Assembly (NCBI RefSeq): GCF_000372725.1
Contig: NW_005202428.1
Coordinates: 1,969,331-2,015,726, forward strand
Source: Emiliania huxleyi CCMP1516
Taxonomy: Eukaryota
Direction of reading: 5' to 3'
Length of the DNA stretch: 46,396 nt
Shown: positions 1 to 11,439 of the stretch, in pieces
Layout of the letters: every line of letters begins with the position of its first letter
Position numbering within the stretch: the first letter of the stretch is position 1
Made by a program: the position numbers and the translations under genes
The notes under the pieces: generated by a model
The model's input: the letters and a program-made list of their open reading frames with translations, nothing else
Told to the model about the DNA's origin: nothing
The model's database searches: none

Positions 1-1136
1 AGGAGCCGCGCGGCACCGAAAGCGCAAGGCCCGGCGCGCGTGGGTGAGGTGTGTGCGTGTGCGCGTGCGTGTGTGTGTGTGTGCGTGTGCAAGTAAGCGC
101 CACCTTGCACGCAAAGTAGAGCCTCGACCCCTCGTTTGTGCACGTGTCTGACATGCCGACGGCGCGCGCTCTCTCTTCGTCGTACTCTATCTCGTACGCC
201 TCGCCGGTGGCATAGAGGCAGCCTATGGCACGCATCGTGGACGTGTCGCGGACACACGCTGGGTCGCGAACGCCGGTGGCGCGGGGCGGCCGGTGCGCAG
301 CAGGTCGAGGAAGAGCTTCGGCATGGAGCAGAGGACCTGATCACGGCTCGGAGCCGTGTGAGCGGGCGCAGCTCACAGGTCGAGGCCGAGCCGTGGCGTC
401 GAGCGGAGCGCACGTCGGTGAGGATGGTGTCGGACAGCTCCGGCACGAGGAAGGGAGAGAGGAAGGTGCCTCGCGCCAACGAGCGGCAGAGCGCCGCGCG
501 CTGCCTCGCGTCCCTCCACTCGGGCATCCAGTCAAACGGGAAGATCAGGAAGAGGAGCGAGGTGCCGGCGGCTATTGCGGGCCACGCGTGCTTGTATGGC
601 GTGAGGTGGTCTGTGAGCGAGAGCACGTACAGCGCGAAGCAGCCAAAGACAAAGGACATGGCGAGGAATGAGAGGGTGACGATGGAGTGGTAGTTGTGCT
701 GCTGTGGTACGCCCAGCACCGAGCGGTAGTCGACGTCGTGCCGCTTCCAGAGGAAGAGCACGATACCGTAGCACGAGCAGAAGAAGCAGATCAGGAACAG
801 GCCGCGAAAGAGCGGGTAGTATCCGAGCGCAAACTCGTACATCGGACCGCCCTGCCGCTGCGCCGCCGCCATCAGCACGGCCGACATTAAGAACATCTGG
901 AGCCCAAAGCCCGTCTGGAGGCCGAGCGAGAAGAAGCGCACCTTGATCTCATCGACAGACACGAGCCGCGGCCGCTCGTGTCCCACAGTGTCGAGAATCT
1001 TGCGCGGCACAACGTGCAAGTCGACGCTGCTTGCGCTCGGCTCCACACCGACAAGGCCACGCAGCGACGGGCTCGGCTGGTCAGGGAGGTCCGGTGTCGA
1101 GAAGAGCAGCGGCCGACGGTCTGCTGGCCCCAGCAT
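1..1136 (-). CDS. EXS-family (ERD1/XPR1/SYG1/PHO1-like) membrane protein without SPX domain; multi-exon, 3' end beyond the window's left edge
   Basis: Missing from the ORF track. Manual translation from ATG 1136 gives MLGPADRRPLL...YYPLFRGLFLICFFCSCYGIVLFLWKRHDVDYRSVLG...AWPAIAAGTSLLFLIFPF...LSPFLVPELSDTILTD|VLCSMPKLFLDLLRT. This matches the EXS patterns (P.FRG, W....V.Y, PF..v.f.D.fLaDvltS..k.f.D) and has several hydrophobic helices. Confidence 0.85.
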   Translation of the reverse strand, partial: MLGPADRRPLLFSTPDLPDQPSPSLRGLVGVEPSASSVDLHVVPRKILDTVGHERPRLVSVDEIKVRFFSLGLQTGFGLQMFLMSAVLMAAAQRQGGPMYEFALGYYPLFRGLFLICFFCSCYGIVLFLWKRHDVDYRSVLGVPQQHNYHSIVTLSFLAMSFVFGCFALYVLSLTDHLTPYKHAWPAIAAGTSLLFLIFPFDWMPEWRDARQRAALCRSLARGTFLSPFLVPELSDTILTDVRSARRHGSASTCELRPLTRLRAVIRSSAPCRSSSSTCCAPAAPRHRRSRPSVCPRHVHDACHRLPLCHRRGVRDRVRRRESARRRHVRHVHKRGVEALLCVQGGAYLHTHTHTHARAHAHTSPTRAGPCAFGAARL

Positions 1137-1211
1137 CCGGCTAAATCACAAAATGCGCGGCTCGACCAAAAAGAAATTTACCACGTTAAGCAAAAAAAGA
1201 ACTCAAGTTGC

Positions 1212-1371
1212 GAGAAGCGGCGAGAGACTGCGAAAAGAGATACAAAGAGGCAGACTCCCCAGGGTGGCGACGGCTAGCGCACCACACTCCTCTCCTTAAA
1301 ATCCCTGTGTGGTGGCGGCGTGCCGTTCTCCCATCCCTCCCTTGGGTTGTGTGTTTTCTTTCTTTCTTTCT
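1212..1371 (+). mobile_element. 5'-truncated non-LTR retroelement, family B (TTTC tail)
   Basis: Matches the ORF end (..GRLPRV.DG*) and 3' UTR of 44446-45153 and ends in (TTTC)n. Flanked by the 11-bp direct repeat ACTCAAGTTGC at 1201-1211 and 1372-1382. Confidence 0.8.
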
Positions 1372-1431
1372 ACTCAAGTTGCATGGCATGACGCTGGGCA
1401 GGAAGGCTCCCCACTCCCGTTCCCCTGTGTC

Positions 1432-1603
1432 CCTGATCGTCCTTCCAAGATCCTGCTCGTGCAGGTGGGGACCCTGTCCTTCTCCCATCCCTCGTTTGAT
1501 TTGTCTGTTTTCTTTCTTTTTTACTGCTAAGATTTGGGCGAGGGATAGGGGAGGAGGACAGGGTCCCCACCTGCACGAGCAGGATTTTGGAAGGACGATC
1601 AGG
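1432..1603. repeat. Inverted pair of family-B2 retroelement 3' ends
   Basis: CTGATCGTCCTTCCAAGATCCTGCTCGTGCAGGTGGGGACCCTGTCC..CCATCCCTCG plus a T-rich tail (1432-1524), and its reverse complement (about 1539-1603). Further copies at 13618-13737 and 29644-29688. Confidence 0.7.
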
Positions 1604-1682
1604 GGCAACAGGTGGGGCTCTCCTGCTCCTGACAAGGATGACACGACAGGCCCGCAGCGCGGTCGGCACGGTCTGAGGGAGG

Positions 1683-1850
1683 GTGTAGAGGATGTAGAGT
1701 GTAGGAGCGCTGTAGAGCTGTAGAGATGTAGAGCGCTCTGGAGCGCTGTAGAGCTGTAGAGCTCTACATCCGCCGCGTGACGATGCGCCTGCGTTGTAGA
1801 GCGATGTAGAGCGCGATTTTGCTGTAGAGTTTGTTGTAGAGGCTCTACAG
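1683..1850. repeat. TGTAGAG/CTCTACA-rich minisatellite-like repeat
   Basis: More than ten TGTAGAG-like units. A similar stretch lies at 4593-4626. Confidence 0.7.
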
Positions 1851-1896
1851 CCAAACCGCCGGGAAGGCAGTGACTCAAAGAGGTCGAGTCGCACTA

Positions 1897-2290
1897 CCGT
1901 AAGGTACCGAACTTAAGGTAAGGTAGCTTGAGTTAGGGAGCCCTTTTCCTTTTACGGAACTCCTGTTTTAAGGTACCTAACTCCTGCTACCCCCCTTTGG
2001 GTCCCGCGGGACCGGCACAGGGGCCACGGGGCCCGCACACCATTTGGAGGAATGGCTCCCTCTTAGGTTAGGACCTAGGAGCCCCTAGGAGCTGGAGTAG
2101 GAGTGCCTACGTTACTAGATGCCTTATTCTTCTTCTTCTTCCCCCCCCCCCCCCCCCCCTCCTCCTCCTCCTCACTCGCCACACCCTCGTCGTACCAGCG
2201 AGGGCCGAGGGGGCCCGTCGCCGGTACCAAAAAAGAAATCCCCGGTACCTAACTGCTGCTACCCCGTACCTTAAGTTCGGTACCTTGCGG
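1897..2290. mobile_element. Tc1/mariner (pogo-like) MITE
   Basis: TIR CCGYAAGGTACCGAACTTAAGGTA at both ends. TA flanks at 1895-1896 and 2291-2292. No coding capacity. Confidence 0.85.
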
Positions 2291-2445
2291 TAATGGGGTG
2301 TCTCCGAGCTTACTGGAGCTCTGATTGACGGCCCTGACTATCCCTGACACACAGAGCGTCACTCTGACGGCACACAACACCCTATAACTGCGTCATGACC
2401 AGCCTGCCATGCGTCGCCGGTGCCGCATTCGTCGCAGTGCTTCTG

Positions 2446-2549
2446 GGAGATTTTTAGCAATACCAAACAACTCTAACACTCACACGTAATTTGGGGCCTG
2501 GAGCCCTGTTCACGCGCGCGCGAGACGTGCAGACAGGGTTGCCAGGTGA
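2446..2549 (-). mobile_element. 5'-truncated CRE-like non-LTR retrotransposon, family A (104 bp)
   Basis: Near-identical to the 3' end of 23650-24990. TSD GCTTCTG at 2439-2445 and 2550-2556. Confidence 0.85.
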
Positions 2550-2889
2550 GCTTCTGTAGCAGGCGGTGGACTGTCGGCTGCGAGGACGGTCGCATTTGCG
2601 CGAGGCGAGGCGAGCATTGCTGCGCGTTGCATGCGCCATGACTCGCGCCAGCGCGTGCGGGAGCTCCTGGCTGAGCGTTGAGTCCAGGCGAGTTGCGCTG
2701 GCCACTATCGCTACGCCGAGCCGAGCTGACGCGCCGAGGCGCCGGCCAGTCGCAGCCGTGAGGCATGCCACAGCAGCAGAGGCACCTGCCACCCATTGGG
2801 CGGGCAGACAGAAGGCCAGGGCAGCACTGGCAAGTGCAACGCGCCTCATGTCGGAGAGCGACCGTGCCTCGTTCGCCGCTTATGATGTA

Positions 2890-4592
2890 CTCGTTTAGTG
2901 TGGGTAAACGAAAAGTAGCGTATACGCTACTATGAATGAAGAAGCCGAAAAAAGGCGGCGGATTCAGTCCGCCCGAGCCAGCCAGCTGCCGGCTCGCACG
3001 GCAGCCTCTTCCTCTCGACCAGCCTCAACTTCCGTACAGTCAACATTTTGTCGCTGCGTGCTCGTGGTGAGCTGTGGCGGCGGTCGAAGTTCGCCCAGAT
3101 TCGGTGACGAGCGCCAGACGATAGTAGTGTCTCTGTTCGCCCTGTGCATGTCAGGCCAGGCTGCAGCAGGGCACTACCATCGTGCTGCCCTGTTGCAGCC
3201 TGACTTTGCCCACTGTGCACAGTCGCCAGAGCACCACCACCGCCCGGCATCGTGTCACGGCGAGCTCCTTCTGCGCCCGCTCGCGAGGCTCTCGCGCTGG
3301 CACACTTTGGCCATCTGCCTGGGGTGTCGACGGGCCCCCGGGGGCGACGGGGGTGCTCTCCGGCCGCGGCGGCCGAAAACGGGGGTCTCCAATAAGGTCC
3401 AATAATGAAGTGATCCACTTGATCCAAGGGTGCCATTGTGCTCTACTACAAAAGTTGTGTAAGATGCCCAAGTCTCAGACGCTGGATCCTTAGCGGAGCT
3501 GAGTTCTGACGGTGTGAACACGAGCAACCGGAGTGACGACCGGGACCGGGCCGCACGCCGGGAGTGCCCCGACTAGCAGTGGCGGGCGCGGACGAGCGAA
3601 TGAGAGGTCGCTATCTGTGGGAGATGTGTTATTAGAGACTAGGGCTGCCTATCTCTCACTGAAAGGGACCTCTCATTCGCTCGTCCGCACCCGTCACAGC
3701 TCACGGAGTGCTCCGCGTGCCGCACCGGCCGCCGCCGGCCGCCGGCCGCTCACGGTAACGGAACAGTCTTACTACTCCGCAACGTTGAGCTGGATCAAAC
3801 TGAATAGTGCTCCTGAAAGCCCTCTCTATGGGCTCTGCCACACAGTAGCAGCGCACGACTAGCCGCTGTTGTGGCTGTATTTGTAGCCATTTTTAGGCTT
3901 CAACTGGTCCCAAAATAGTAGCAACACCTCATGAAAATCAGTCAAAAAAGCCCGAAAAAATCGGCGCCTGCGGCGGGCTTCCTGGGGCTGCGCCCCAGAC
4001 CCCCTTGACTGGGGGGACCCCCCGCGAGAGCACCCCCGTCGCCCCCGGGGGCCCGTCGACTCCCCAGGGCCATCTGCTGCTCGCGTTCGGCGAGCTCTTC
4101 TCCGCACTCCTGCCACGGTGCCGTCACCACACACCTTCTGGCCGGCCTGAGCCGCGCGGGGTCGCCGGCGGGGGCAACGCGTCGACCTCTCTCTCTGGTG
4201 CACCACGGGCCGCAACGGCCTGCGAGCAGCGTGCGCGACAGCGCGAGGAGGCAGTGTGCCGGCACAGTCGAGCCGGAGCATCGGGTTCTTGATGCTTGTG
4301 GGGTCAAGTCTGACCTTATGCGGCCTAATATACAACAATAATGCTATGCTCTCACCCAGCCTTTTGAGATATGGTCCCTCAAAGTCGAGTTTTCGTTTAC
4401 TGGTGACCATAGTAGCGTCTGTCTTGTTTGCGTTTCTTCCAACGAAACACTTTAAAGTCTCGACAATCACTAAGCTGCTTATGTGGCACCGCAGAGGCTC
4501 CCTTGGGGATGCCTGAGGCCACCCCAACCACTCACGAAGCCGTACGTGGACGAATTCAAATCTACTTTTTTCGTTTACCTACACTAAGCGAG
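2890..4592. mobile_element. Non-autonomous Tc1/mariner-type DNA transposon (1.7 kb, carries nested insertions)
   Basis: Imperfect TIR CTCGYTTAGTGTRGGTAAACGAAAA(AA)GTAG. TA at 2888-2889 and 4593-4594. Interior homologous to about 18917-19700. Confidence 0.8.
3318..4068. mobile_element. Nested TIR element (hAT-like if the TSD is 8 bp, MULE-like if 10 bp)
   Basis: About 43-bp TIR CCTGGGGWGTCGACGGGCCCCCGGGGGCGACGGGGGTGCTCTC. TSD GCCATCTG at 3310-3317 and 4069-4076, extendable to GGCCATCTGC. The paralogous copy near 19245 shows the empty site. Confidence 0.85.
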
Positions 4593-4834
4593 TAGAGTTT
4601 GTTGTAGAGATTTCACGTTGTAGAGAGCGCCGGGAGGGGGAAGCGCTGCGGGCTAGTGTGAGCGCTGGCCGATTTCAGGCCGATCGTGCAGGCGGATCGA
4701 TGTTCGCTGCCGCTGTGAGGCGCCGGCGCGCTTTGACGCTGTGAGGCACCGGCGCGCTTTGAGGACTTTTCCCTTTTTTGTCTCTTCCGGTTCAGACGCC
4801 GTCTGGGGCAGTCTGTCGCCCTGTCGCTCCGGTT

Positions 4835-7800
4835 ATGGAACACGAGTCGCTCCGATTGCGCGCTGCTGTGGTGTATGCTCTAACTCTCGCAGCTCAGCCT
4901 GCCTGTGGGCAGCAGTTGGGTTCCACGTTCCAGCGCCGATTCATCCTCGGCCGCGGCGCCTGCGCCACGCCAGGCGGCGGCCAGGGCTCCTACTCGGAAG
5001 TTTGGGAGCTGTCGCACGAGCGGTGTGCAGAGGCGTGCTTGAACGACCGCGAGTGCGTCGCGTACGAGTACTCGACGACGAAACGGTACAAACTGTGCGA
5101 GAAGCACAAAGAGGTCCCTTCGCACTCAGTGCCAGTCGACAACAGCGCGTGCTTTGTCCTCGAGAGCGCGCTCAGCCTAAGAACCTTCAAACCCTTTCGG
5201 GGCGGGGACGCGAGGTATCGTGGAGCAGTCTCAGCGGCCGGCCCGCTAGGATGGCCTCCTCCCCCGCCGGCGATCGTCGTCCCTCCGCGGGCGTGCGGCT
5301 CGCCGTCGTCGATGCCGTCGTCGATGCCATCGTCGAGCAGCGGCGGCGATGGGTTTGCCGGGTGCGACTTGCGGCTCGTTCAGTGGGACGGCCTCAGCGT
5401 AGAGTCAGTCAACCTGGACGGCGCGGACCTCTCGGGCGGCAGCTTCACCCGCGCGCAGTTCTTCCGCTCCACGCTCCGTCAGGCGGGGACCACCCGAGAC
5501 CACCCACGAGACCACACGATATCACACGAGATCACACGAGACCACACACGAGACCACACGATATCACTCGAGACCACACGATATCACTCGAGATCACACG
5601 AGACCCCACCTGAGACCCAGCCGAGATCCCACCCGAGGTCACCCGAGAGATACGCCGAGATCACGCGTCCGTCCCTGACTTCGATCTCTCCCAGGCGGTG
5701 GCCGTGTCGGCCACCTTCGAGCGTGCCGGCCTCGAGTTTACCGACTGGAGACAGGGGCTCCTCATGGACAGCAGCCTGCGCGCGGCCGAGATGTCCGCCG
5801 CAAGCCTCGACGGCGCCACAGCCTCTTGTTCTGTGCCTGAGCAGAGGAGGGGGAGTAGTATTAATTAATCATCGATCGTCACTAGGCGCCAGCCTCTTGT
5901 TCTGTGACCTGAAGGACATACAGGCTCGCAACACTCGCCATAGCGCTCGCCATAGCGAAACTCCTCTCGCACCCGGGGCTCCTTTTCAGCTGTGACGGTG
6001 TCCGCTCAGTGCGTGCGCCTCACCCCCTTTCTTCACATCAGGCGGACGAGGCATCGCTCAACGGCGCCCCCCCCACCCCCCTTTTGTGTGGCGCTGCACG
6101 AGACGGGCCGGCACTGCTCATCGCTGTGGCTGTGTGAAGTACAGGCGCGATCCTCCGCGACAGCGTTTTCGATGGCGCAGGTGTAGTACGGTAGTAGTAG
6201 CAGCAGTACGGTAGTAGCAGCAGCAGAGCTAGTGAGCAGCAGTACGGTGCACGTGACGTCTGATGGTCGTCTCTTCTCCAACGGCGCAGACCTGCGCTCG
6301 GCACAGCTGCGCTCGGCGACTTTCCGGCGCGGCTCCGCCGTCGGCGCCAGCTTCCGCTACTCCGACCTCCGAGGCGTGCAGCCTAGCGCCTCTCTCGCGG
6401 GAAGTCTCGCGGGCTGCTCAAATCCCCTCCCGGCACGCCCGCCCCGACCCTTCTCCACAAGCCCCTCTCCCGCAGGCGCGACTTTCGTCCGCACGAACCT
6501 CTCGCGCGCGACTTTCCGAGGAGCGAATTTGGTGCGTCGGCCACGTGCGCGCAGACGCGTTCTAGTGTGCGCGCCTCTCGCGTGCGCGGAAGCGCGAGGG
6601 GACGACACACGCCACATTGAGTTGACAGGCTTGACTCTCCCCCGGCTTGACTCTCGCCCCCCAACCGCCCGCCACCCACCGCAGGAGGGGGCCGACTTCA
6701 CTCTGGCCAGAGGAACGACGCCCTCGACCTTCGACATGGCGCGAGGGCACTTCAAGGTGCGGGGAGTACGGACCATCGTATTCCGACGAGCACTCGAGAG
6801 GGGCCACAGACTCAGCTGTCTCTGCCTGTATCCGTAAGAGCCCTCGTGTTCACGCGGTGCTCCGAGTCCACTGCACGCCACGCGGGACCGTGTTGGTGTT
6901 CCCGCCCCTAGTTCCCGCCCCTATAGTCCCGCTCAGCCGTCAGCCCTCGGTGTGACCCCGGGGGTTCATGGCGTAGGCGCCCGACCCCGCCGCGAGCCAA
7001 GTCAAGGCGGGTTGTGCGGCGCTGCCGGCCTTCGGCGCCTCGTACCCCGGCTGTGACCTGCGGGCGAGAAGCTGGGACGGCGTCAACCTCGAGCAGGCGC
7101 GAGATCGCCCCGAGAGGCCACCCGGGGTCACGGCCGCCACCCTCTCGAGCGCAGGCGAGAGCCTCGATGGGGGCGGAGATGCCTCTATATCTCGGCTCTG
7201 TCTCGGCGACATCTCGGCGACATCTCGGCTGCACCTCGTCGATGGCTTCGTCTCGTCGTCAGGCGAGCCTCGACGGTGCCGACGCCTCTCGCGCGAGCCT
7301 GGTGCTCGCCAAGCTGTCGCACGCCTCCCTGCTCCGAGCCTCTCTCGCCGAGGCGAAACCTGCAAACCGCACACACGCACGCACGCACACACGCACGCAC
7401 GCACGGCACGCACGCACGGCACGGCACGCACGGCACGCACGGCACGCACGGCACGCACGGCACGCACGGCACGCACACTGGGTCTTGCACTCTGAATGCC
7501 GCTGGGCTCCTGTCTTTGTAGACGTAGACGTAGACGTGGAGTCGCGAGGGTTGCCCTTACCTTGCCCACCACCATGTGTGTGTGCGCCGAGAAGCGTGTG
7601 CCTGACCTGACCTGACCTGACCTGACCTGACCTGACCTTAGGCGGACCTCCGCGGCGCGAGCCTCAACTCCGCGCGCCTCGACGACGCGGACCTGACCAA
7701 GGCGGACCTGGTCGGCGCAGAGCTCACCGAGGCCTCCCTCCGCCGCGCAGACTTCCGCATGTCGCAGCTCGGCGCCGCAAAGGTGGGCTTCGTGCAGGCG

Positions 7801-8320
7801 GGAGGGGCCGGGACGGCGGCGGGGCGCTGTGGGGGCGGAGGGGCGGGGGGACGCCGTGCGCTGCTGAACAGGCGGAGGAGGCGGACTTTTCCGACGCGGT
7901 CGCGGAGAAGGCGCTCTTCGAGGGGGCGGCCGCGCCGCGCGCCCAGTTCGCTCGCGCGCGGCTGGCCGAGTCCCAGTTCAACGGGGCGAGGCTGGTCGGG
8001 GCGAGCTTCGCTAAGGCGGACCTGGTGGGCGCCCGAGCCATCGTCGCCTAGACTGCCCCTGCCGCTCGACAACCTCGCGACACCCTTCGAGACACACCGC
8101 CACTCGACAACACCTGTAGGCTGATAACCACGCGTGTCCGCGTCACTCACGGGAAGAGATCGACCCCTCGGGTCAGGTGGGCGCCTCGTTCAAGGACGCG
8201 GCCGTCGAAGGGGTCGACTTCACGGGCGCGCTCATGGATGTGGCCACCGACTTCACCGGCGCAATTGGAGTCGACAAAGTCGCCGCGTGGCCGGCCGGGT
8301 ACAGCCCCCCGCTTGGGTAG
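4835..8320 (+). CDS. Secreted PAN/Apple-domain + pentapeptide-repeat protein (multi-exon)
   Basis: Signal-like N-terminus (AAVVYALTLAAQPACG), then a PAN-like C..AC...EC.AYEY....C..H...C module. Many A(D/N)L.. pentapeptide exons follow (VNLDGADLSGGSFTRAQF, ADLRSAQLRSATFRR, TNLSRATFRGANL, ASLDGADASRASLVLAKLSHASL, ADLRGASLNSARLDDADLTKADL). Stop TAG at 8318-8320. Confidence 0.85.
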
Positions 8321-8645
8321 CCCCAGCTAGGGATAGCCTGGGGCGAGGGCGCCACACGCTGCCGCACACGGCGCCTGGCGCGGGGACCCGCGCTGCGACG
8401 TCTCAGGTGGTCAGGACACACCCCTAGCATAATCACATCAACACTATAGCACATCACGGGTGCGAACTCTTCTCAGGAACTCTTATGACTTATCGGTCCA
8501 AAACATGATTTCGTATGCGCCCCCCTGGAGAGTGTGGGCGAGAGGTGTGCGCGTGTTCTTCTGGTTAGTCATATGGCCTTGATTCTACTCACGAGTTTCA
8601 CACACGCACAATAAAGGCCACAACACCGAAGTTTCCGATTCAAAA

Positions 8646-10933
8646 TCACCGCCTTGAAGACCGCCCGGCCTTGCCGCTCCTTCCCTTTGAGCCTCCGGCT
8701 CCGCCGCCGCTCTTTCCCTCCTGTCGTGCGCCAGCCGCAGCGGCCCCCCTTGAGCTCGACCCCTTCGACCGGCTCGTGGGCGGCCCCTCCTTGCGCATTT
8801 TCAAGGTCGCGGCCGGCCCCTTCTTGCGCGGCGGCGGCGCAACCTCCTCCTCGCTCTCCTCCTCGCTCTCCTCCTCGGCGCTACCGTCGCTCGCCTGGGA
8901 CGCCAAGCGCGCGGAGAAGAAGTCGTCGCCGCCCTCCTCGCCCTCCTCTCCACTCTCCTCCTCGCCCTCCTCGCTCTCCTCCTCCTCCTCGCCCTCCTCC
9001 TCGCCCTCCTCCTCCTCCTCGCCCTCCTCCTCCTCCCCGCCCTCCGGCGCGCCCGCCTCTGGCAGCTCGGAAAGCATCTCGCCCACGTCCGCCTCCTCCT
9101 CGTCGTCGCCCGCGCCGCGCAGCCGCAGCGCGCGCACCTCCGCCGCCGTGCCAGCCTCGCTCGACAGGAGGCAGGCGGTCAGCCGCTGCTTGAGGTACAC
9201 GCTGGCCACCGGGCCTGCGCCAGGAGGTCGCACCGAGGTCAGGGCGGGAGGACGGTCTCGTGCCGTGTGTCCGGAGCACCGCGTGAGGAAAGGGAGACGG
9301 GTCCAGCTAACCGCAGCCGAGAGCTGAATGCGTGCCCTCTCGAGTGCTACTCGGAATACGCGGGTCCGTGTCCCGGCATCTAGGAAGCGAGGCCAGTGCG
9401 CCGCTCGGCCGACCAGCGCCCGCCTGCCACAGGCGAGGGAGGTGAGCGATGGAGGGGAGGGGAGGCCACGGCGAGGTGACAAGGCGAGGTGACAAGGCGA
9501 CGGTAAGGTCGAGGCGAGGCGGGAGGAGTTGGAGGGAGGCGGAGCGGCGGCCATCTCACCGCCGTAGCCCCAGTTGTACAGGCGCATCTTGCGGTCGAGT
9601 CCGGCGCACGCGAGCAGTGGCAGGGTCGGGTGGAGAGCGATCTCGCGGATCGAGCCCGCGTTTGCGCGGTACCTGCGTCAGGCGGGGTCCGCCCCAGGGC
9701 GAGGGCTAGGGTTAGCGGTGCTTGCGTTGCGGGGCCGTCCGCAGGAGGCGGTGGGGAGGCGAGGAGGAGGCGGTGGGGAGGCGAGGAGGAGCGCAGAGGA
9801 GGCGAGGGAGGGGAGGGGGTAGGAGTCGCCTCTCCACCGGCTTGAGGCTCATCCGAGCGTCGAGCCGCGCCAGGTGGCCGCTGACGCTGCCGGCGAAGAC
9901 GTGGCGTCCGTCCGCAGAGACGGCGACGGCGGAGATGGCCTCCTCGCCCAAGGGTGCGACCACGCGCGCCACCGGCTTGCGCTGCGCCGACGTGTCGTAC
10001 AGCCGCACCTCACCGCGCAGTCTACGGGAAGGTTCCTAGAAGGGTGAGGCTCCTGGAAGGGTCCTGAACGGTGCTAGAGGGTCCTCGTGTCGTACAGACG
10101 GGCCGTGACACCGCCTTGAGGTGGAGAGAGAGGAAGTCGTGCGGAGTGGTGTGGTGCTCTGGAGAAGTGTGACGGAGATGTGGTGTGGTGGGAGGGAGAA
10201 TGGTGTGATGTGTGTAGACTGGTGGGGGAGGGGCTTGGTCGAACCGGCTCGCCACGAAGCCGTGGCCCGTCGCGAGGAGCCTCCCGCCCTCAGCAACCTT
10301 GAGGTCGGTGAGCCAGATGGGGACCGCGAGGTCGAGCTCGTCGTTGGGCAGATTCCGCGCGCGCCACACCGCCTTGCCCGCCTCGAGCGACCACACCGAC
10401 GGGTCGGCGCCCTTCCCTCCGACAGCGACGCCCTCGCCGCCCGCAGCAGAACGGCACACCGCCGCCGCCTTTCCCGTCTCGATCGTGGCGAGCGGCTCGC
10501 CCTGCGGGCCGTGAGCCGCGCTGCCGTCGGGCCACACCCACACCCGCACGCGACCAGTCCGCTCGCCGGCGACGACGCGCGGAGCGGCTTCGCCGTGGGC
10601 AAAGAGCCCGGCGATGCCGTTGGGCCCGCCGCCGTGCGGCGCGACTCCCTTTCCGATCTCTTCGCCGGCTGCGAAGTCGACAGATGGAGGCGAGGCGTCC
10701 TCGCTCTCCTCGGCGATCGCCACCGTCGACGCAGACCGCCGCCAGAACCGCACCGTGCCGTCCTCGAGGCCGACACCCACATGCGTCTCCTCGGCGCCCG
10801 GGCCCCAGCAGGCGCGCGAGACGCCGCGTCCGCACGCCTGCTGGCCCCACCGACGGACGACGGACGACTCCGGCGCGAGTGATACCTCCTTGAGAAGCCC
10901 GGTGTCGTCCGCAGTCAGCGCGGTCAGCGGCAT
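8646..10933 (-). CDS. WDR74: WD repeat protein 74 / NSA1 (60S ribosome biogenesis), multi-exon, acidic/basic C-terminal tail
   Basis: N-terminal ADDTGLLK; hallmark WRARNLPNDELDLAVPIW; VRLYDTSAQRKPV; GSIREI..HPTLPLLACAGLDRKMRLY; VYLKQRLTACL. Confidence 0.9.
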
Positions 10934-10985
10934 CGTGCCCAGCGAAACGAGAAATTTTTCTGTCCCTGCGCTTGGGTGACTTTTG

Positions 10986-11051
10986 CAATCCCTGGCGGCG
11001 TGCCGTCCTCCCATCCCTCCCTTGGGGTGTCTGTGTTCTTTCTTTCTTCTT
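10986..11051 (+). mobile_element. Short family-B retroelement 3' end
   Basis: TGGCGGCGTGCCGTCCTCCCATCCCTCCCTTGGG plus a TTCTTTC tail. No clear TSD. Confidence 0.65.
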
Positions 11052-11439
11052 TGGCTGACTGTTGACAGCAGGCCCAACGGGACAGGGATCAAGGGATCAT
11101 CTTGCCAGAGCTACACAAGAGTTCCGGTGTGGGCAGGGGGTCCGAGCTAATCGCGCGTTTTTAATTTCTTTAGGTCGCCACGAACCAGGGTGGGGTCGGC
11201 GCTCCTTTTCAGAAGTCGGCGGGCAGTAACTCGAAATCTCCTCTATTGGACTGCAACTTCCACATTGCCACCAAAGGAGATCACCCCCTCCTCGAGTCTT
11301 CCATTGGCGCGCGCTACCCGAGTCGATGCCCACGCACCCCTCCCTGCACGAGTGGCACGGCGGACAGCGGGCCCTCGCCCCTCGCTCGCTTGCGAGCCGG
11401 GGCGCTGGCCCCGCCGCCCCGCCTCCGCCCCGGGAGGCA

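Noticed and set aside
136..890. Plus-strand ORFs at the window start
   Set aside because: Antisense shadows of the EXS gene on the minus strand.
8646..9587. Standalone Glu-rich 313-aa protein
   Set aside because: Its real part is the last exon of WDR74 (VYLKQRL). The rest is intron read-through.
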